A stretch of 63,616 bases of DNA, the filler included. It is 6 parts of 6 records of this genome, joined end to end, with 100 filler letters (N's around TTAATTAATTAA, not from the genome) between each part and the next. Parts side by side here need not be neighbours in the genome. Positions count along the whole stretch, not along the records: positions 30,924 to 48,738 come from DRR723986_5065; 5 more parts are not named here. One strand, given 5' to 3'. The position numbers were made by a program, and so were the translations under genes. The notes below the pieces were generated by a model, which was not told the origin of the DNA, did not search any database, and was given only the letters and a program-made list of their open reading frames with translations. Numbering within the stretch: the first letter of the stretch is position 1; each line of letters starts with the position of its first letter. Of this stretch, positions 31,113-41,138 are shown in pieces.

Positions 31113-31153
31113 CATCAAAATGGGCGTGAATTTGAATTCACGCCCATCTGATG
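31113..31153 (-). terminator. long hairpin, probable terminator of the SufT-like gene
   Basis: ATGGGCGTGAAT-TTGA-ATTCACGCCCAT perfect 12-bp stem extended by CATCA/TGATG. Confidence 0.65.
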
Positions 31154-31173
31154 ATTTGTTGAAAAAATGCGCC

Positions 31174-31605
31174 TTAGAATATCCCGAGCTGGTCGCGGGC
31201 ATCTTCGCTCATCATATCCTGCGTCCACGGCGGATCCATGACGACTTTAATGTCTACTTCAGCGACTCCGTCCATCGCCTCGACAACTTGACGTGAATTG
31301 GAGACCAGTTGCGGGCCGGCCGGGCACATGGGACTGGTCATTGTCATTTCGACGTGGACGTCCTTCTTTTTGCTATCCGCTTCGTTTTCCTTCAGGTCAA
31401 CGACGTAAATCAGACCTAGGTCCACGATGTTCACGTAAAGTTCCGGGTCGATAACCTGCTTGAGCTGCTCCCGCACCGAATCCTCACAGAGCGTCTTCAG
31501 CGGTGGCTGAGCGTCACCGGCAGACGCCGCCGAAGCATCGCTGGTTGCTTCGGCTGGCTGGTTAGGCGTTTCAGCGTTTTCTGGATTTGGCGTAGATTCC
31601 GACAT
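31174..31605 (-). CDS. metal-sulfur cluster assembly factor (SufT/PaaD, DUF59)
   Basis: LKQVIDPELYVNIVDLGLIY, MTMTSPMCPAG, PPWT..MMSEDAR..LG. Confidence 0.92.
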   Translation of the reverse strand: MSESTPNPENAETPNQPAEATSDASAASAGDAQPPLKTLCEDSVREQLKQVIDPELYVNIVDLGLIYVVDLKENEADSKKKDVHVEMTMTSPMCPAGPQLVSNSRQVVEAMDGVAEVDIKVVMDPPWTQDMMSEDARDQLGIF

Positions 31606-31793
31606 CGTTTACAGCTCCTCGGAGTAATGCCCGTTGGGGCGTAATGGATCAAATGGCAGGAATGCGGTAACCCGAAAGCTTGCATTAATTGCCGTAGGGA
31701 ACACCACACTGCTTAAAGTATATTGCCGAATGCAACTGGCGAGTAGGCATTTTGCCACTAGCAGTAAAACTGTCGTGAGTGAAAGGGATTTCC

Positions 31794-33119
31794 ATGTCAC
31801 GGATCTGTCTGTTAATCGGGCTGGTTTTCGGAATAGCAGCCGCTGGTACGCTTCACGGCCAGGAAGCATCTGATTCACAAGATTCATTGGTGGTTTCTGC
31901 AGAAGCGTTTGAGTCGGTTCCTGGCGTTGAGGGCTCGCCCGAGCCAATGGGATTGGCCAAATTTGACGTTGCCAAGACAGTCGAACGTGTGAAGCGGGAG
32001 ACTGGTTGGGGGCAAGCTGAGATTAACAGTTGGCTGACGACGAACGTAAACAGCCTGTTGCACACTGGCGGCGAGCACGAGTTGCTTCAAGCTGAGAAGG
32101 TGCAGATGCCCGACGGGAACGAAGAGCTGATGGTGGTTTCAGAAAATGGCTGCGGTTCACTGCTAGCTGAAAACACTCTGCTTGTTCGTGCAACCGAATC
32201 GAAAGTCGCCGATGTTCAAGGGTTCTTGCGAAGGATCCAGGAGACGGGCGTTCGACAAGTCATGGTGAGAGTCAATGTATTTAGCGGGCCCGCGGAGGAT
32301 GTAAAACGACTGCCGGTCGCGTGGTCGCACGTGGCTACTCAATCCCAAATCGGTGCAGCTTCTGTTGAAGTGAAAAGTGCGAGCGGTAGCTTGAGCTCTG
32401 ACCAGTTACCTGCATCGGCACAAGAAAATCGTATCGCGGCCATGTACGCTCGCAGCAATGGAGTCTTCCGTGCATCATTTGAGCGACATCAAGAACAGGT
32501 GAACGCATCGAAGTTGCTGCCGCCCCCTGGTACAGAAAACTCAACTTGGGTGAACGCAACGAGCGTCATTGAGCGAGCTACACCAGTGCTGTACACATTG
32601 CTCTCGCCGCAGGAGCTTGAAAAGCTGCTTGAACTTGCCGACGGCTCTGAAGGCGTCGTCAAAGAGCGTAGTCCCAGTGTTGGTGTGTACGATGGAAACA
32701 CAGCAACCATCAACAATATCGTCGAACGCCCACTGGTAGTTGGTATCGATGCGAAAGCGGCCGGTGAAGCTGACAATCGTAAGGTAATGTTTTTGCCAAG
32801 AACGCGTGTCTATCCACACGGTGACTCGTTGACGTTGCGGCCCCAGATTATCGGCGGGCACCAAGTGCGTCTTGCATGCAACGCGGAGGACTTTTCGATT
32901 CGCAAGATCGACACGCTCGATTTTCCGACCGCAGATGGTGCGCGAACGTTGCGGGTCCAGTTGCCTGAAGTTGGACATACCCGGTTCCAAACGCAGATTG
33001 ATATTCCACTAGGGTTTGCGTTGGCAATCTATACGGCAGACACAATTGACGGGGAAGCGGTTGGGAAACTGCGAATCTTGACTTGTGCGGTTAAAGACGT
33101 CGAGCAAAATGAGCGTTAG
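31794..33119 (+). CDS. exported protein with degenerate secretin-like C-terminal domain
   Basis: Signal peptide; LLVRATESKVADV..FL (N3-like), QVMVRVNV, SPSVGVYDGNTATI...RPLVVG resemble planctomycete GspD-like proteins from recall. Confidence 0.5.
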   Translation: MSRICLLIGLVFGIAAAGTLHGQEASDSQDSLVVSAEAFESVPGVEGSPEPMGLAKFDVAKTVERVKRETGWGQAEINSWLTTNVNSLLHTGGEHELLQAEKVQMPDGNEELMVVSENGCGSLLAENTLLVRATESKVADVQGFLRRIQETGVRQVMVRVNVFSGPAEDVKRLPVAWSHVATQSQIGAASVEVKSASGSLSSDQLPASAQENRIAAMYARSNGVFRASFERHQEQVNASKLLPPPGTENSTWVNATSVIERATPVLYTLLSPQELEKLLELADGSEGVVKERSPSVGVYDGNTATINNIVERPLVVGIDAKAAGEADNRKVMFLPRTRVYPHGDSLTLRPQIIGGHQVRLACNAEDFSIRKIDTLDFPTADGARTLRVQLPEVGHTRFQTQIDIPLGFALAIYTADTIDGEAVGKLRILTCAVKDVEQNER

Positions 33120-33167
33120 GCCAAGCTGTGTCCCGCCGTTTCGACCCTCGACAACTGATAGCTGAAA

Positions 33168-33689
33168 ATGGAAGAGCCCGAAGTACTGTTCACGGCGGAA
33201 CGTTTTCGCGTTGAACGCGTCCGCAAGCAGATGCCTGACGGTGAAGAGTTTTCCCGGGCAATTGTTCGACATCCAGGAGCGGTGGTGATCCTGCCTATCC
33301 TAAGCGACGGCCGAATCTGCCTAATCAAGAATGACCGTATCGCAGTTGGCAAGACGCTCATCGAATTGCCCGCAGGAACACGCGAACCGGAAGAGCAACC
33401 CATTGTTACGGCCAAGCGCGAGCTTGCCGAAGAGACTGGGTATCAGTGCAGCGAGATTGCACCACTTTGCCAGTTCTATATGTCGCCTGGAATCTTGGAT
33501 GAGCACATGCATGTGTTCGTCGCAAAGGGCCTCAAGCTGGGGGATCCTTCCAGGGAATTCGGTGAGCAAATCGAGAATTATCCAGCTACGCTCGATGAGA
33601 TCGATACACTGATCAAGAACGGGGATTTAGTTGACGCGAAATCGATCACGGCGATCCTATACTATCTTCGATTCGTCCATGGAAAATAA
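33168..33689 (+). CDS. Nudix hydrolase (ADP-ribose pyrophosphatase-like)
   Basis: VRHPGAV, ELPAGTREPEEQPIVTAKRELAEETG Nudix box, SPGILDE, DAKSI. Confidence 0.92.
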   Translation: MEEPEVLFTAERFRVERVRKQMPDGEEFSRAIVRHPGAVVILPILSDGRICLIKNDRIAVGKTLIELPAGTREPEEQPIVTAKRELAEETGYQCSEIAPLCQFYMSPGILDEHMHVFVAKGLKLGDPSREFGEQIENYPATLDEIDTLIKNGDLVDAKSITAILYYLRFVHGK

Positions 33690-34531
33690 TGGCCATGGAT
33701 GATGAAATCAGTCAAGGAACCGAGTGTTCTGGCCGCGCTGTGTTGGATTCAGCTACGCAGAGGCTTGCATCTGAGCGAACGCAGTTGTTAGTCAGCGTGA
33801 GGAGTCAGCAGGAGGCGGAGTTGGCCGCCACGGCGGGCGTCGATTGGATTGACGTCAAGGAGCCGGCTGCCGGAAGTTTGGGAGCTCCTAATTTGGAAGT
33901 TGCTCGCCAAGTCGCGGGTGGTCTCGTCCGTCAGAGCAGTAGCGTTGCATTGGGTGAGTTCAGCGAACTCATGGCTGCCGACGGTCAGCGGCGGATGGAA
34001 ATGCTCGACCGCGTGCAATCGCTGGTCGGCTTGTATCCCTACGCCAAGTTTGGATTGTCAAATCTTGCACCGGGATGGGAACGCGAATTCAGTAAGTTGG
34101 CAGGTAGCCTGGTAGAAGCTGCCAGCGGCGTTTCGCAACTTGGCACAGAGCAAGCGGCTTGTGTGCAAAGAATTGTTCCGGTTCTCTACGCGGACTTCAC
34201 AACCTGCATGGGAGCTACTCCCGAACAGGTATTAGAACAAGCGGACCGCATTGCTGCACGTTTTGTCCTGGTCGACACGTTCGTAAAGGATGGTCGGTCC
34301 TTGTTGGACTTTCAGCCAACAGAATTTCTCGCTGACTTTATGTCCGAGGCGCGTCGGCGTGGCTTGCGAATCGTGCTGGCGGGGAGCCTCAAGCCCCATC
34401 ATTTTGCCGCTTTGCTGCCGCTGGAGCCATTTGCGATTGGCGTCCGGGGAGCCGCCTGCCGGGCTGATCGCGATGGTGAACTGAGTCCCGAGAAGCTAAA
34501 GCAGCTTGTCGGTATGGCCCAATCGTGGTGA
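33689..34531 (+). CDS. mfnB: (5-formylfuran-3-yl)methyl phosphate synthase-like (MfnB/DUF556)
   Basis: LLVSVRS..EA..A..AGVDWIDVKEP..GSLGA, DTFVKDG..LLD, LAGSL, GVRGAAC. Confidence 0.8.
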   Translation: MAMDDEISQGTECSGRAVLDSATQRLASERTQLLVSVRSQQEAELAATAGVDWIDVKEPAAGSLGAPNLEVARQVAGGLVRQSSSVALGEFSELMAADGQRRMEMLDRVQSLVGLYPYAKFGLSNLAPGWEREFSKLAGSLVEAASGVSQLGTEQAACVQRIVPVLYADFTTCMGATPEQVLEQADRIAARFVLVDTFVKDGRSLLDFQPTEFLADFMSEARRRGLRIVLAGSLKPHHFAALLPLEPFAIGVRGAACRADRDGELSPEKLKQLVGMAQSW

Positions 34532-34831
34532 TTTAGCACGATCATTGCTGTTTAGGCGATGTTGAATGCAGAATTTGTCACCTTTTCTTGGGCATCGGCG
34601 GTACTCGAATCATACTGCTACGTTTACCTTTAAAGTTCCTACCTCAACAAACTAGTTGAACGAAGTCCGCACCGCCGGAATCCTTCCAATGGGGCTATGA
34701 GATTCGCACGCTGCCCTGGCGAAGGTCAGCGACTAGTCTGCCAGCCATAATGCCAGGGTCGTGCCGAGCGGTTGCGTTTCTCACGACCAATTCCCGCCTG
34801 TAATTCCTCATGCCAAAAGCGAGTCACTGTG

Positions 34832-36085
34832 GTGAATCGTCTGCTGATTGTATGCACTCTGTTCTGCGGTCTGTCGATCACTTCAGCCGTGGCGATCGGG
34901 CAGAGTTCTTTGTCGTTAGTTGAGACTGCGGTTGTCATTGAAAAGGACGTGCAAGCGTCGCGGCGAGTCGTCGGAAGTGTGCAGCCGTCGCGGGTGGCTA
35001 CGATCGGATCAGCGGCTGATGGGCGAATCGAAACGTTCTCTGCCAAAGTTGGGGCGGCCGTCTCGGCTGGAAAGCCCTTGGCCAAATTGCGAACTCAAAC
35101 GCTCGACATCGAGCGTGCTGCCGCTGCAGCCCAGTTGACGCTCTATGAACAACAGATGATCGAGCTGGAAAACGGTTCCAGGCCCGAGGAAATTGCCGAA
35201 GCGAAGGCCCAGGCAATGGCGTCCAAGGCGGCTATGGACAATGCGGCTCGACAACTGGAACGCGTCAAAGGCCTGGCCGCGGCCAATGCAGCGACCGACG
35301 CTGATGTCGAAGATGCACGTGAACGATCCGAAGCAACGCGATTCTCCTACGCTGCTGCAGCGGCAATGCTAGACCGCATCGAACAGGGGCCACGGGTTGA
35401 ACAGATTGCGCAAGCGGCAGCTCGAGTAGAACTGCAGACGCAGCAGGTTGCTTTGATTGACGACCGAAAACGCAAGCACACAATTGTTGCTCCCTTTGAC
35501 GGTTTTATCGCAGAGGAATTCACGCAAGTCGGTGCCTGGGTTAGCTCAGGGGATCCGATCGCAACCATCATCGAGCTGAAGCAGGTCGAAGTGCGTGCAC
35601 CAGCTTCATCCGGGGTGGCCTTGGGTCTGAAGATTGGTCAAGAAGTACGGATCGAGTTTCCTGAGATGCCGCAGCGGTTGATGACCGGCGTTGTGCAGAG
35701 AATCGTGCCGCGGGCAGAGGGAACTGCACGAGTGTTTCCGGTTGTTATATCACTAGAGAATGAAATCCGTGACGGCACTCCATTGTTGCTTTCCGGGATG
35801 CTTGCCAGAGTTCACTTGCCCGATGGTCCGAGTCGAAAAAGAGTTGTTGTACCGAAAGACGCCCTTGTCCTGAGTGCTCGTTCAAAGAGTGTTTTTGTAG
35901 TCGCCGTTGATGAAAAGGGCGTCGGACGAGCACGAAAGGTGACCGTCCAGCTTGGGCTGGCCATAGATGGGAATATTGCAGTGGAAGGCGACTTGCAGCC
36001 TGGCGATCTTGTCGTGGTCGAAGGAAATGAGCGCTTGGTCGATGGCCAAGAGGTCGAAGTGGCCAATCTGAATGCCGGAAGTTAG
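34832..36085 (+). CDS. RND efflux periplasmic adaptor subunit
   Basis: Signal peptide, biotinyl-lipoyl halves, long hairpin with LENGSRPEEI/EQGPRVEQI, IVAPFDG, VVPKDAL, VVEGNERL; start uncertain. Confidence 0.9.
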   Translation: MNRLLIVCTLFCGLSITSAVAIGQSSLSLVETAVVIEKDVQASRRVVGSVQPSRVATIGSAADGRIETFSAKVGAAVSAGKPLAKLRTQTLDIERAAAAAQLTLYEQQMIELENGSRPEEIAEAKAQAMASKAAMDNAARQLERVKGLAAANAATDADVEDARERSEATRFSYAAAAAMLDRIEQGPRVEQIAQAAARVELQTQQVALIDDRKRKHTIVAPFDGFIAEEFTQVGAWVSSGDPIATIIELKQVEVRAPASSGVALGLKIGQEVRIEFPEMPQRLMTGVVQRIVPRAEGTARVFPVVISLENEIRDGTPLLLSGMLARVHLPDGPSRKRVVVPKDALVLSARSKSVFVVAVDEKGVGRARKVTVQLGLAIDGNIAVEGDLQPGDLVVVEGNERLVDGQEVEVANLNAGS

Positions 36086-36173
36086 GCCCATCAAGAGACA
36101 CTTCTTGTTGTCAATCTTACTAGTTTCAATTCCGGCGTTTCAACGTCGACTGTACACCTGCGGGTAAGTCCAA

Positions 36174-39100
36174 ATGTTTGACTGGTTTATCAAGAATCCT
36201 GTCAAAGTCTCCGTCGGTGTTCTTATCGTCGGGCTCTTTGGTGCCATTGCTCTGGTCACGATGCCGAAGCAGTTGATTCCAGCCGTCGAGAATCCCGTCA
36301 TTTCCGTACGAACGACTTGGCCCGGCGCAAGTCCACAGGAAATTGAAAGGGAAATTGTTCAAGAGCAGGAAGAACAACTGGCTGCGGTCGAGGGTATGTT
36401 GAAGATGACTTCGACATGCAGCAACGGTTCGGCGTCGATTGTGTTGGAGTTTGCCGTTGGTACGCAGATTTCTGACGCCATGATGCGGGTAAACACTCGA
36501 TTGCAGCAAGTCCGCGAGTATCCAGCCAGCGCGCAAGAACCTGTCATTGAGGCGTCTGACGTCGCGGATAGCCCGATCGCTCGGTTCGCATTGACTGCTC
36601 GGCCGCCAAGTGTTGAAGATATTGAAGCGTACCAGGCGAAACATCCGGATCAACGTGAGATCCTTGAGCCCGCTCGTAAAGCCGCCAATTCTGCTCTGCG
36701 AGTATTCCGTCTACAGGAATTGGTCGATCTGAATTCCGATAAATTTCCAGAGATGAAGGAGCTTTTGCCTCCTGACGTTGACCTACAGGAAGTTCGCAAG
36801 CTTTCGGAGGACTTGATTGAGCCCCAGCTTGAACGCGTGCCCGGCGTTGCCGAGGCGGATACTTATGGCGGCCAAGAGGAAGAGCTGCAGGTTATCGTCG
36901 ATCCGGAATTGCTGGCTGCCAGGCAATTGACGATCGCAGATGTACGAACCGCACTCGCCGGGCAGAACAAGAATACTTCCGGAGGGGATCTTTGGGAGAG
37001 TAAGCGTCGCTACGTTATTCGCACGATTGGGCAATTCAGTTCGCCCGAGCAAGTCGAAGCGCAATTGCTTTACAGCGATGGAGAGTCGTCGGTCTACGTA
37101 GGTGACGTCGCAACCGTCCGGCAGTCGTACAAGAAAGTTGACAGTCTATCGCGGCGTTACGGACTGACCAGCAACGGGCTCAGCGTTCGTCGCGCGTCCA
37201 ACGCGAATGTACTAGAAGTGATGGACGGAGTGAAGGCAAAGGTCGAAGCGCTGAACAACGGAATGCTCCGTAGGCTTGGGTTGGAGCTGTATCAATACTA
37301 CGACGAAACCGAGTACATTCGCGCATCCATTTCGTTGGTCCAGCAGAATATCTTCGTCGGTGGGGCACTGACGATTATCGTGTTGCTGCTGTTCTTGCAC
37401 TTCGGTCGCAAGACCTTGTTGGCCATTCCGCTGATTGCTGGAAGCGCGGTTGCGTCCGTCTTTGTGTCGCCCTGGTTCTTCCTGGTGACAATCTGTCTGA
37501 CCTTGGTCGCCGGAATGTGGTTTGGTCGTGGTGCACTGGTCGTCGGATTTGCAATTCCGGTTAGCATCGTCGGCACATTTTTACTCATGGCGTTAATGGG
37601 GCGCAGTCTCAACGTCATCAGTCTCGCCGGCCTTGCATTCGCAGTTGGAATGCTTGTTGATAATGCGGTTGTGGTTCTGGAGAACATCTTCCGGCATCGG
37701 GAGGCTGGCGAATCTTCGCAGTACGCTGCCTCGCACGGAACGGCCGAAGTTGCCGGAGCTGTGCTTGCGAGCACGTTGACAACGATTGCAGTTTTCTTGC
37801 CAGTGTTGTTCGTGCAAGAGACTTCGGGGCAATTGTTGCGTGACATTGCCATTGCTGTGAGCTGCGCCGTTGGTCTTTCGTTGATCGTCTCCTTCACGAT
37901 GATTCCTGCCGCCGCCGCAAGATTGTTTAGGCATCAATCCCATTCCGGGAGTCCTTCCACTAGTGGTTCAAGCCGGTTGGATGGCGGAGAGCACGAAGGG
38001 AAGGCGAAGGGCGTTGCCGGAGCTTTTGCGGATCGAGTCGGCAGAGCCAATACTTGGTTGTTTGCTAGGAGAAGTCGCAGCTTAGTGTTCGTTGCTCTGA
38101 TGTTGGCGTTTACTTTCGGTGTGAGTTATTGGTTTTGGCCGAAAGTCGAATACTTGCCCAGCGGCAACCGAAACTTTGTGTTTTGCAGCCTGTCACCTCC
38201 TCCAGGTTATAACATCGAGAAGCTTATGGAGATGGGAGAGCTGTTGGAACGCGACACACGACCTTACTGGGACGTTGATGAGGACCCGTTAGCCACTGCC
38301 GACCTAGACTATCCGCCGATCGACTACTATTTCTACGCAGTGCGAGGATCTAGCGTCTTTATGGGGTTTCGCGCCGCCGATGAATCGCGTGTGCGGGAAC
38401 TGATTCCCATGGTCAAGGATGTAGCAAAGCAACTTAAGGGGACGCGGGCAATCGTCAAACAATCCAGTTTGTTTGAACGCGGTCTGACCGGCGGCAGGAC
38501 CATCGATATTGAGATTACCGGAGGTGACCTGAACAAGCTAATCGATATCGGACGTCGTGTGATGAATGATGTCGCGCGGATCATTCCGGACGCTCAGGCC
38601 TCGCCGCGTCCAAGCCTAGATTTGTCATCGCCGGAAATTCACATTATCCCGAAGCCCTACGAAGCGATGGAGATGGGTGTTTCGGCTCAGGATCTTGGCT
38701 ATGTGGTCGATGCGCTTGTCGACGGCGCGTACGCGGGCGACTACTTCGTCGATGGTGACAAAATTGATTTAACGATCATTGGCGAAGAGGGGTTCGCGCG
38801 GCGGACTCAAGACATCGAAGAGTTGCCAATTTCAACGGCGAGCGGGCAATTGGTGCCACTTTCGGCTGTCGCAAACGTGACACCATCCAGTGGCCCCGAG
38901 TCAATCATGCGTCGTGAGCGTTCGCGGGCGATTACGATTTCGGTGACCCCACCGCTGGAATTGCCCCTTGAAGAGGCGATGCTGCGGATCGACGAAGAGA
39001 TCATTGGCAAGCTTCAGAGTGAGGGAGTTCTGGACGGCGAGACAATGATTAGTCTTTCCGGTACCGCCGACAAGCTCCGCCAGGCCTGGGATGCTCTGCG

Positions 39101-39674
39101 ATGGAACTTAGTGCTTGCTCTTGCGATTACCTATCTATTGATGGCTGCTCTGTTCGAGTCATGGTTGTACCCTTTGGTGATCATCTTTACCGTACCGCTG
39201 GGAGCCGTGGGGGGGATTCTAGGTCTCTGGCTGCTCAATCAGTTTGTGCTCCAGTCGCTCGACGTGATTACCATGTTGGGTTTCGTGATCTTGATTGGCA
39301 CAGTCGTGAACAATGCGATTTTGATCGTCCACCAGTCGTTGAACTATATCCGAGCTGGGATGCCCAGCCGTGAGGCAGTTCCGCAGAGTGTGAAGACCCG
39401 CATTCGACCCATCTTCATAACGACGACAACGACCGTATTGGGCCTACTGCCACTGGTTCTGTTTCCAGGAGCTGGGAGCGAGCTTTACCGCGGCCTTGGA
39501 GCGGTAGTGCTCGGTGGGCTAGTGCTTTCGACCGCCTTTACTCTGTTCCTGGTTCCCGCCGTCTTTATTTTGACTATGGACGCCAGCGAGGCAATCATGA
39601 AGCTCTTTCGCCTGCGAGACCGGGATGATTCGGAGCAAGTCGTTGCTGCGCCCGAAGCCACTGCGGCTCCATAG
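36174..39674 (+). CDS. AcrB/AcrD/AcrF-family RND permease
   Basis: WPGASPQEIE, GMLVDNAVVVLEN, ASTLTT.AVFLP, GTVVNNAIL, R.RPI, GSELYR. Confidence 0.95.
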   Translation: MFDWFIKNPVKVSVGVLIVGLFGAIALVTMPKQLIPAVENPVISVRTTWPGASPQEIEREIVQEQEEQLAAVEGMLKMTSTCSNGSASIVLEFAVGTQISDAMMRVNTRLQQVREYPASAQEPVIEASDVADSPIARFALTARPPSVEDIEAYQAKHPDQREILEPARKAANSALRVFRLQELVDLNSDKFPEMKELLPPDVDLQEVRKLSEDLIEPQLERVPGVAEADTYGGQEEELQVIVDPELLAARQLTIADVRTALAGQNKNTSGGDLWESKRRYVIRTIGQFSSPEQVEAQLLYSDGESSVYVGDVATVRQSYKKVDSLSRRYGLTSNGLSVRRASNANVLEVMDGVKAKVEALNNGMLRRLGLELYQYYDETEYIRASISLVQQNIFVGGALTIIVLLLFLHFGRKTLLAIPLIAGSAVASVFVSPWFFLVTICLTLVAGMWFGRGALVVGFAIPVSIVGTFLLMALMGRSLNVISLAGLAFAVGMLVDNAVVVLENIFRHREAGESSQYAASHGTAEVAGAVLASTLTTIAVFLPVLFVQETSGQLLRDIAIAVSCAVGLSLIVSFTMIPAAAARLFRHQSHSGSPSTSGSSRLDGGEHEGKAKGVAGAFADRVGRANTWLFARRSRSLVFVALMLAFTFGVSYWFWPKVEYLPSGNRNFVFCSLSPPPGYNIEKLMEMGELLERDTRPYWDVDEDPLATADLDYPPIDYYFYAVRGSSVFMGFRAADESRVRELIPMVKDVAKQLKGTRAIVKQSSLFERGLTGGRTIDIEITGGDLNKLIDIGRRVMNDVARIIPDAQASPRPSLDLSSPEIHIIPKPYEAMEMGVSAQDLGYVVDALVDGAYAGDYFVDGDKIDLTIIGEEGFARRTQDIEELPISTASGQLVPLSAVANVTPSSGPESIMRRERSRAITISVTPPLELPLEEAMLRIDEEIIGKLQSEGVLDGETMISLSGTADKLRQAWDALRWNLVLALAITYLLMAALFESWLYPLVIIFTVPLGAVGGILGLWLLNQFVLQSLDVITMLGFVILIGTVVNNAILIVHQSLNYIRAGMPSREAVPQSVKTRIRPIFITTTTTVLGLLPLVLFPGAGSELYRGLGAVVLGGLVLSTAFTLFLVPAVFILTMDASEAIMKLFRLRDRDDSEQVVAAPEATAAP

Positions 39675-39675
39675 G

Positions 39676-40740
39676 CTATTGGGGGATTTGGGCGATTTCG
39701 CCACCGCCTCGAGTCGAAAGTGCTCGCCAAGTTGCCAGATCAAGGTTCTCCGAGACTGAGTGAACAGAGCCATCAGAGAGCGTAACGTTGACCACGCCAG
39801 TATGGTAGCTGCGTGAAGTGATCATGGCGTACGTTGGTGAGCCTTGGGCTCCATTTTTCCCCTCTTGCCACGAGTTGTAATCCATGAATCGGTGCAGCGT
39901 GTCGCCAACGGTGTAATGGACTTCGGCATTTGGAGGCATTGCAGTGGTGATGCCTGTGTGATGGACGCGACCGTCTGGCCATTCTGTGTGACCGGTAATC
40001 TTGAACTGGCCTCCGCTGGCCACGATGGCTTCTGCTTCGGCCCGATTGCTAGGGATGTTCGTTGACGATGGTCCACCGTTTCGTTCATAAGGCGTCCAGG
40101 CCCGAACTTCGCCAGCGAGCAGCGTGTGACTAAGGCCATCGGTAATGGCTCCCAGACGCATAAAGGAGTTTGGGTAGAAGACGCCTTCGCCGCCGCGCCG
40201 CGTCTGTGGGTCGTAGACGAAGTAACGCCCCATGTTGAATCCGTAGCAAGTAGGATGCAGAAGTGGTCGGTTGTTGCCGGGATCTCGAACTTCGGTTGCC
40301 CTGGGATCGCTTGGGCAGGAGTAAGTCGGAATCTTCAGGTCTGAGATAACCATCTGCCCATCCCATCCAATATTCAGATTGACTTGGTTGTACAGATTCC
40401 CTTGTTCCAAGAATGGCAGGATCCGCCCGTGGACTCCCCAAGAGCCGTTGTTGGCAGTGTTCCCAAGTCGAAAATCTATCACCGTTGATGGTGGGAGCCG
40501 CTTGTGTGTGCTCTCGTAGTTCAGGCACGCTAGTGAAAGTTGCTTCATGTTGTTCTGGCAACTCATCCTTCTCGCAGCCTCTCGAGCTGCTTGCACTGCC
40601 GGGAGCAGTAGGCCAACCAGAATGCCAATAATTGCAATCACGACCAACAACTCAACAAGCGTAAATCCCCGCGTTTTGAACGTTGTCGAATTGGTTTTAA
40701 AGTTGCGTGTTTCACCAGAATCGGAGAGTGCCGCAGGCAT
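39676..40740 (-). CDS. DUF1559 prepilin-like protein (planctomycete signature family)
   Basis: GFTLVELLVVIAIIGILVGLLLPAVQAAREAARR..C.NN.KQ, YSCPSD, ITDGLSHT, H-X9-DG motif (HTGVVNVTLSDG). Confidence 0.95.
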   Translation of the reverse strand: MPAALSDSGETRNFKTNSTTFKTRGFTLVELLVVIAIIGILVGLLLPAVQAAREAARRMSCQNNMKQLSLACLNYESTHKRLPPSTVIDFRLGNTANNGSWGVHGRILPFLEQGNLYNQVNLNIGWDGQMVISDLKIPTYSCPSDPRATEVRDPGNNRPLLHPTCYGFNMGRYFVYDPQTRRGGEGVFYPNSFMRLGAITDGLSHTLLAGEVRAWTPYERNGGPSSTNIPSNRAEAEAIVASGGQFKITGHTEWPDGRVHHTGITTAMPPNAEVHYTVGDTLHRFMDYNSWQEGKNGAQGSPTYAMITSRSYHTGVVNVTLSDGSVHSVSENLDLATWRALSTRGGGEIAQIPQ

Positions 40741-40824
40741 GGAGTGCTCTTCTTGTGTGAACGGGTCGTATGGTTCGAGGCGGCATTCGTAAGGAAAGCC
40801 GTGCATCAGATTCAACCTGCTGCC

Positions 40825-40840
40825 GCAAACCGTATGCCGA
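40825..40840 (-). promoter_or_regulatory. sigma54 -24/-12 promoter for the DUF1559 gene
   Basis: Minus strand TCGGCATACGGTTTGC = GG-N10-GC, about 85 nt upstream of the ATG. Confidence 0.7.
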
Positions 40841-41000
40841 AACAGGTTAGCAATAGCGGCTGCATCAACAAGCCTCAGAATCCAGTTCGGATTCCTTGTG
40901 CTGGCTCGGATAACTATGAGCGTTGGGTTCTAAATCCTTAGCGAGAAATTTCGTGCCCCACCACCAGACGGGAGAACGATCGGTACCAAGATTGCATCCA

Positions 41001-41039
41001 GTGGTGGATGGTCCACCGATGGTGGTGAAAAAGCCACCG
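41001..41039. promoter_or_regulatory. tandem candidate enhancer (UAS) sites
   Basis: GTGGTG-N6-CCACCG twice (41001-41018, 41022-41039), 21-bp period, each containing palindromic GGTG-N7-CACC. Confidence 0.6.
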
Positions 41040-41138
41040 TCGGTTCGAAGTAGCCTTGATCGAACGAAACTCAGCAATTCTATTCGCGCTAAATCTAAAG
41101 TGTCGAACCGTCTGCCAAATAAGTGTGATTCGCCTGAG

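Noticed and set aside
30924-31151. ORF with AENAENAE repeats
   Set aside because: Translation of the 9-bp DNA repeat at a contig edge; treated as a repeat rather than a gene
34532-34548. Sigma54-like TTAGCACGATCATTGCT upstream of the RND operon
   Set aside because: Lacks the invariant GG at -24
40923-41138. 72-aa N-terminal extension of the histidine kinase
   Set aside because: Covers the enhancer boxes and looks non-coding; a start at 41139 gives a normal N-terminal TM
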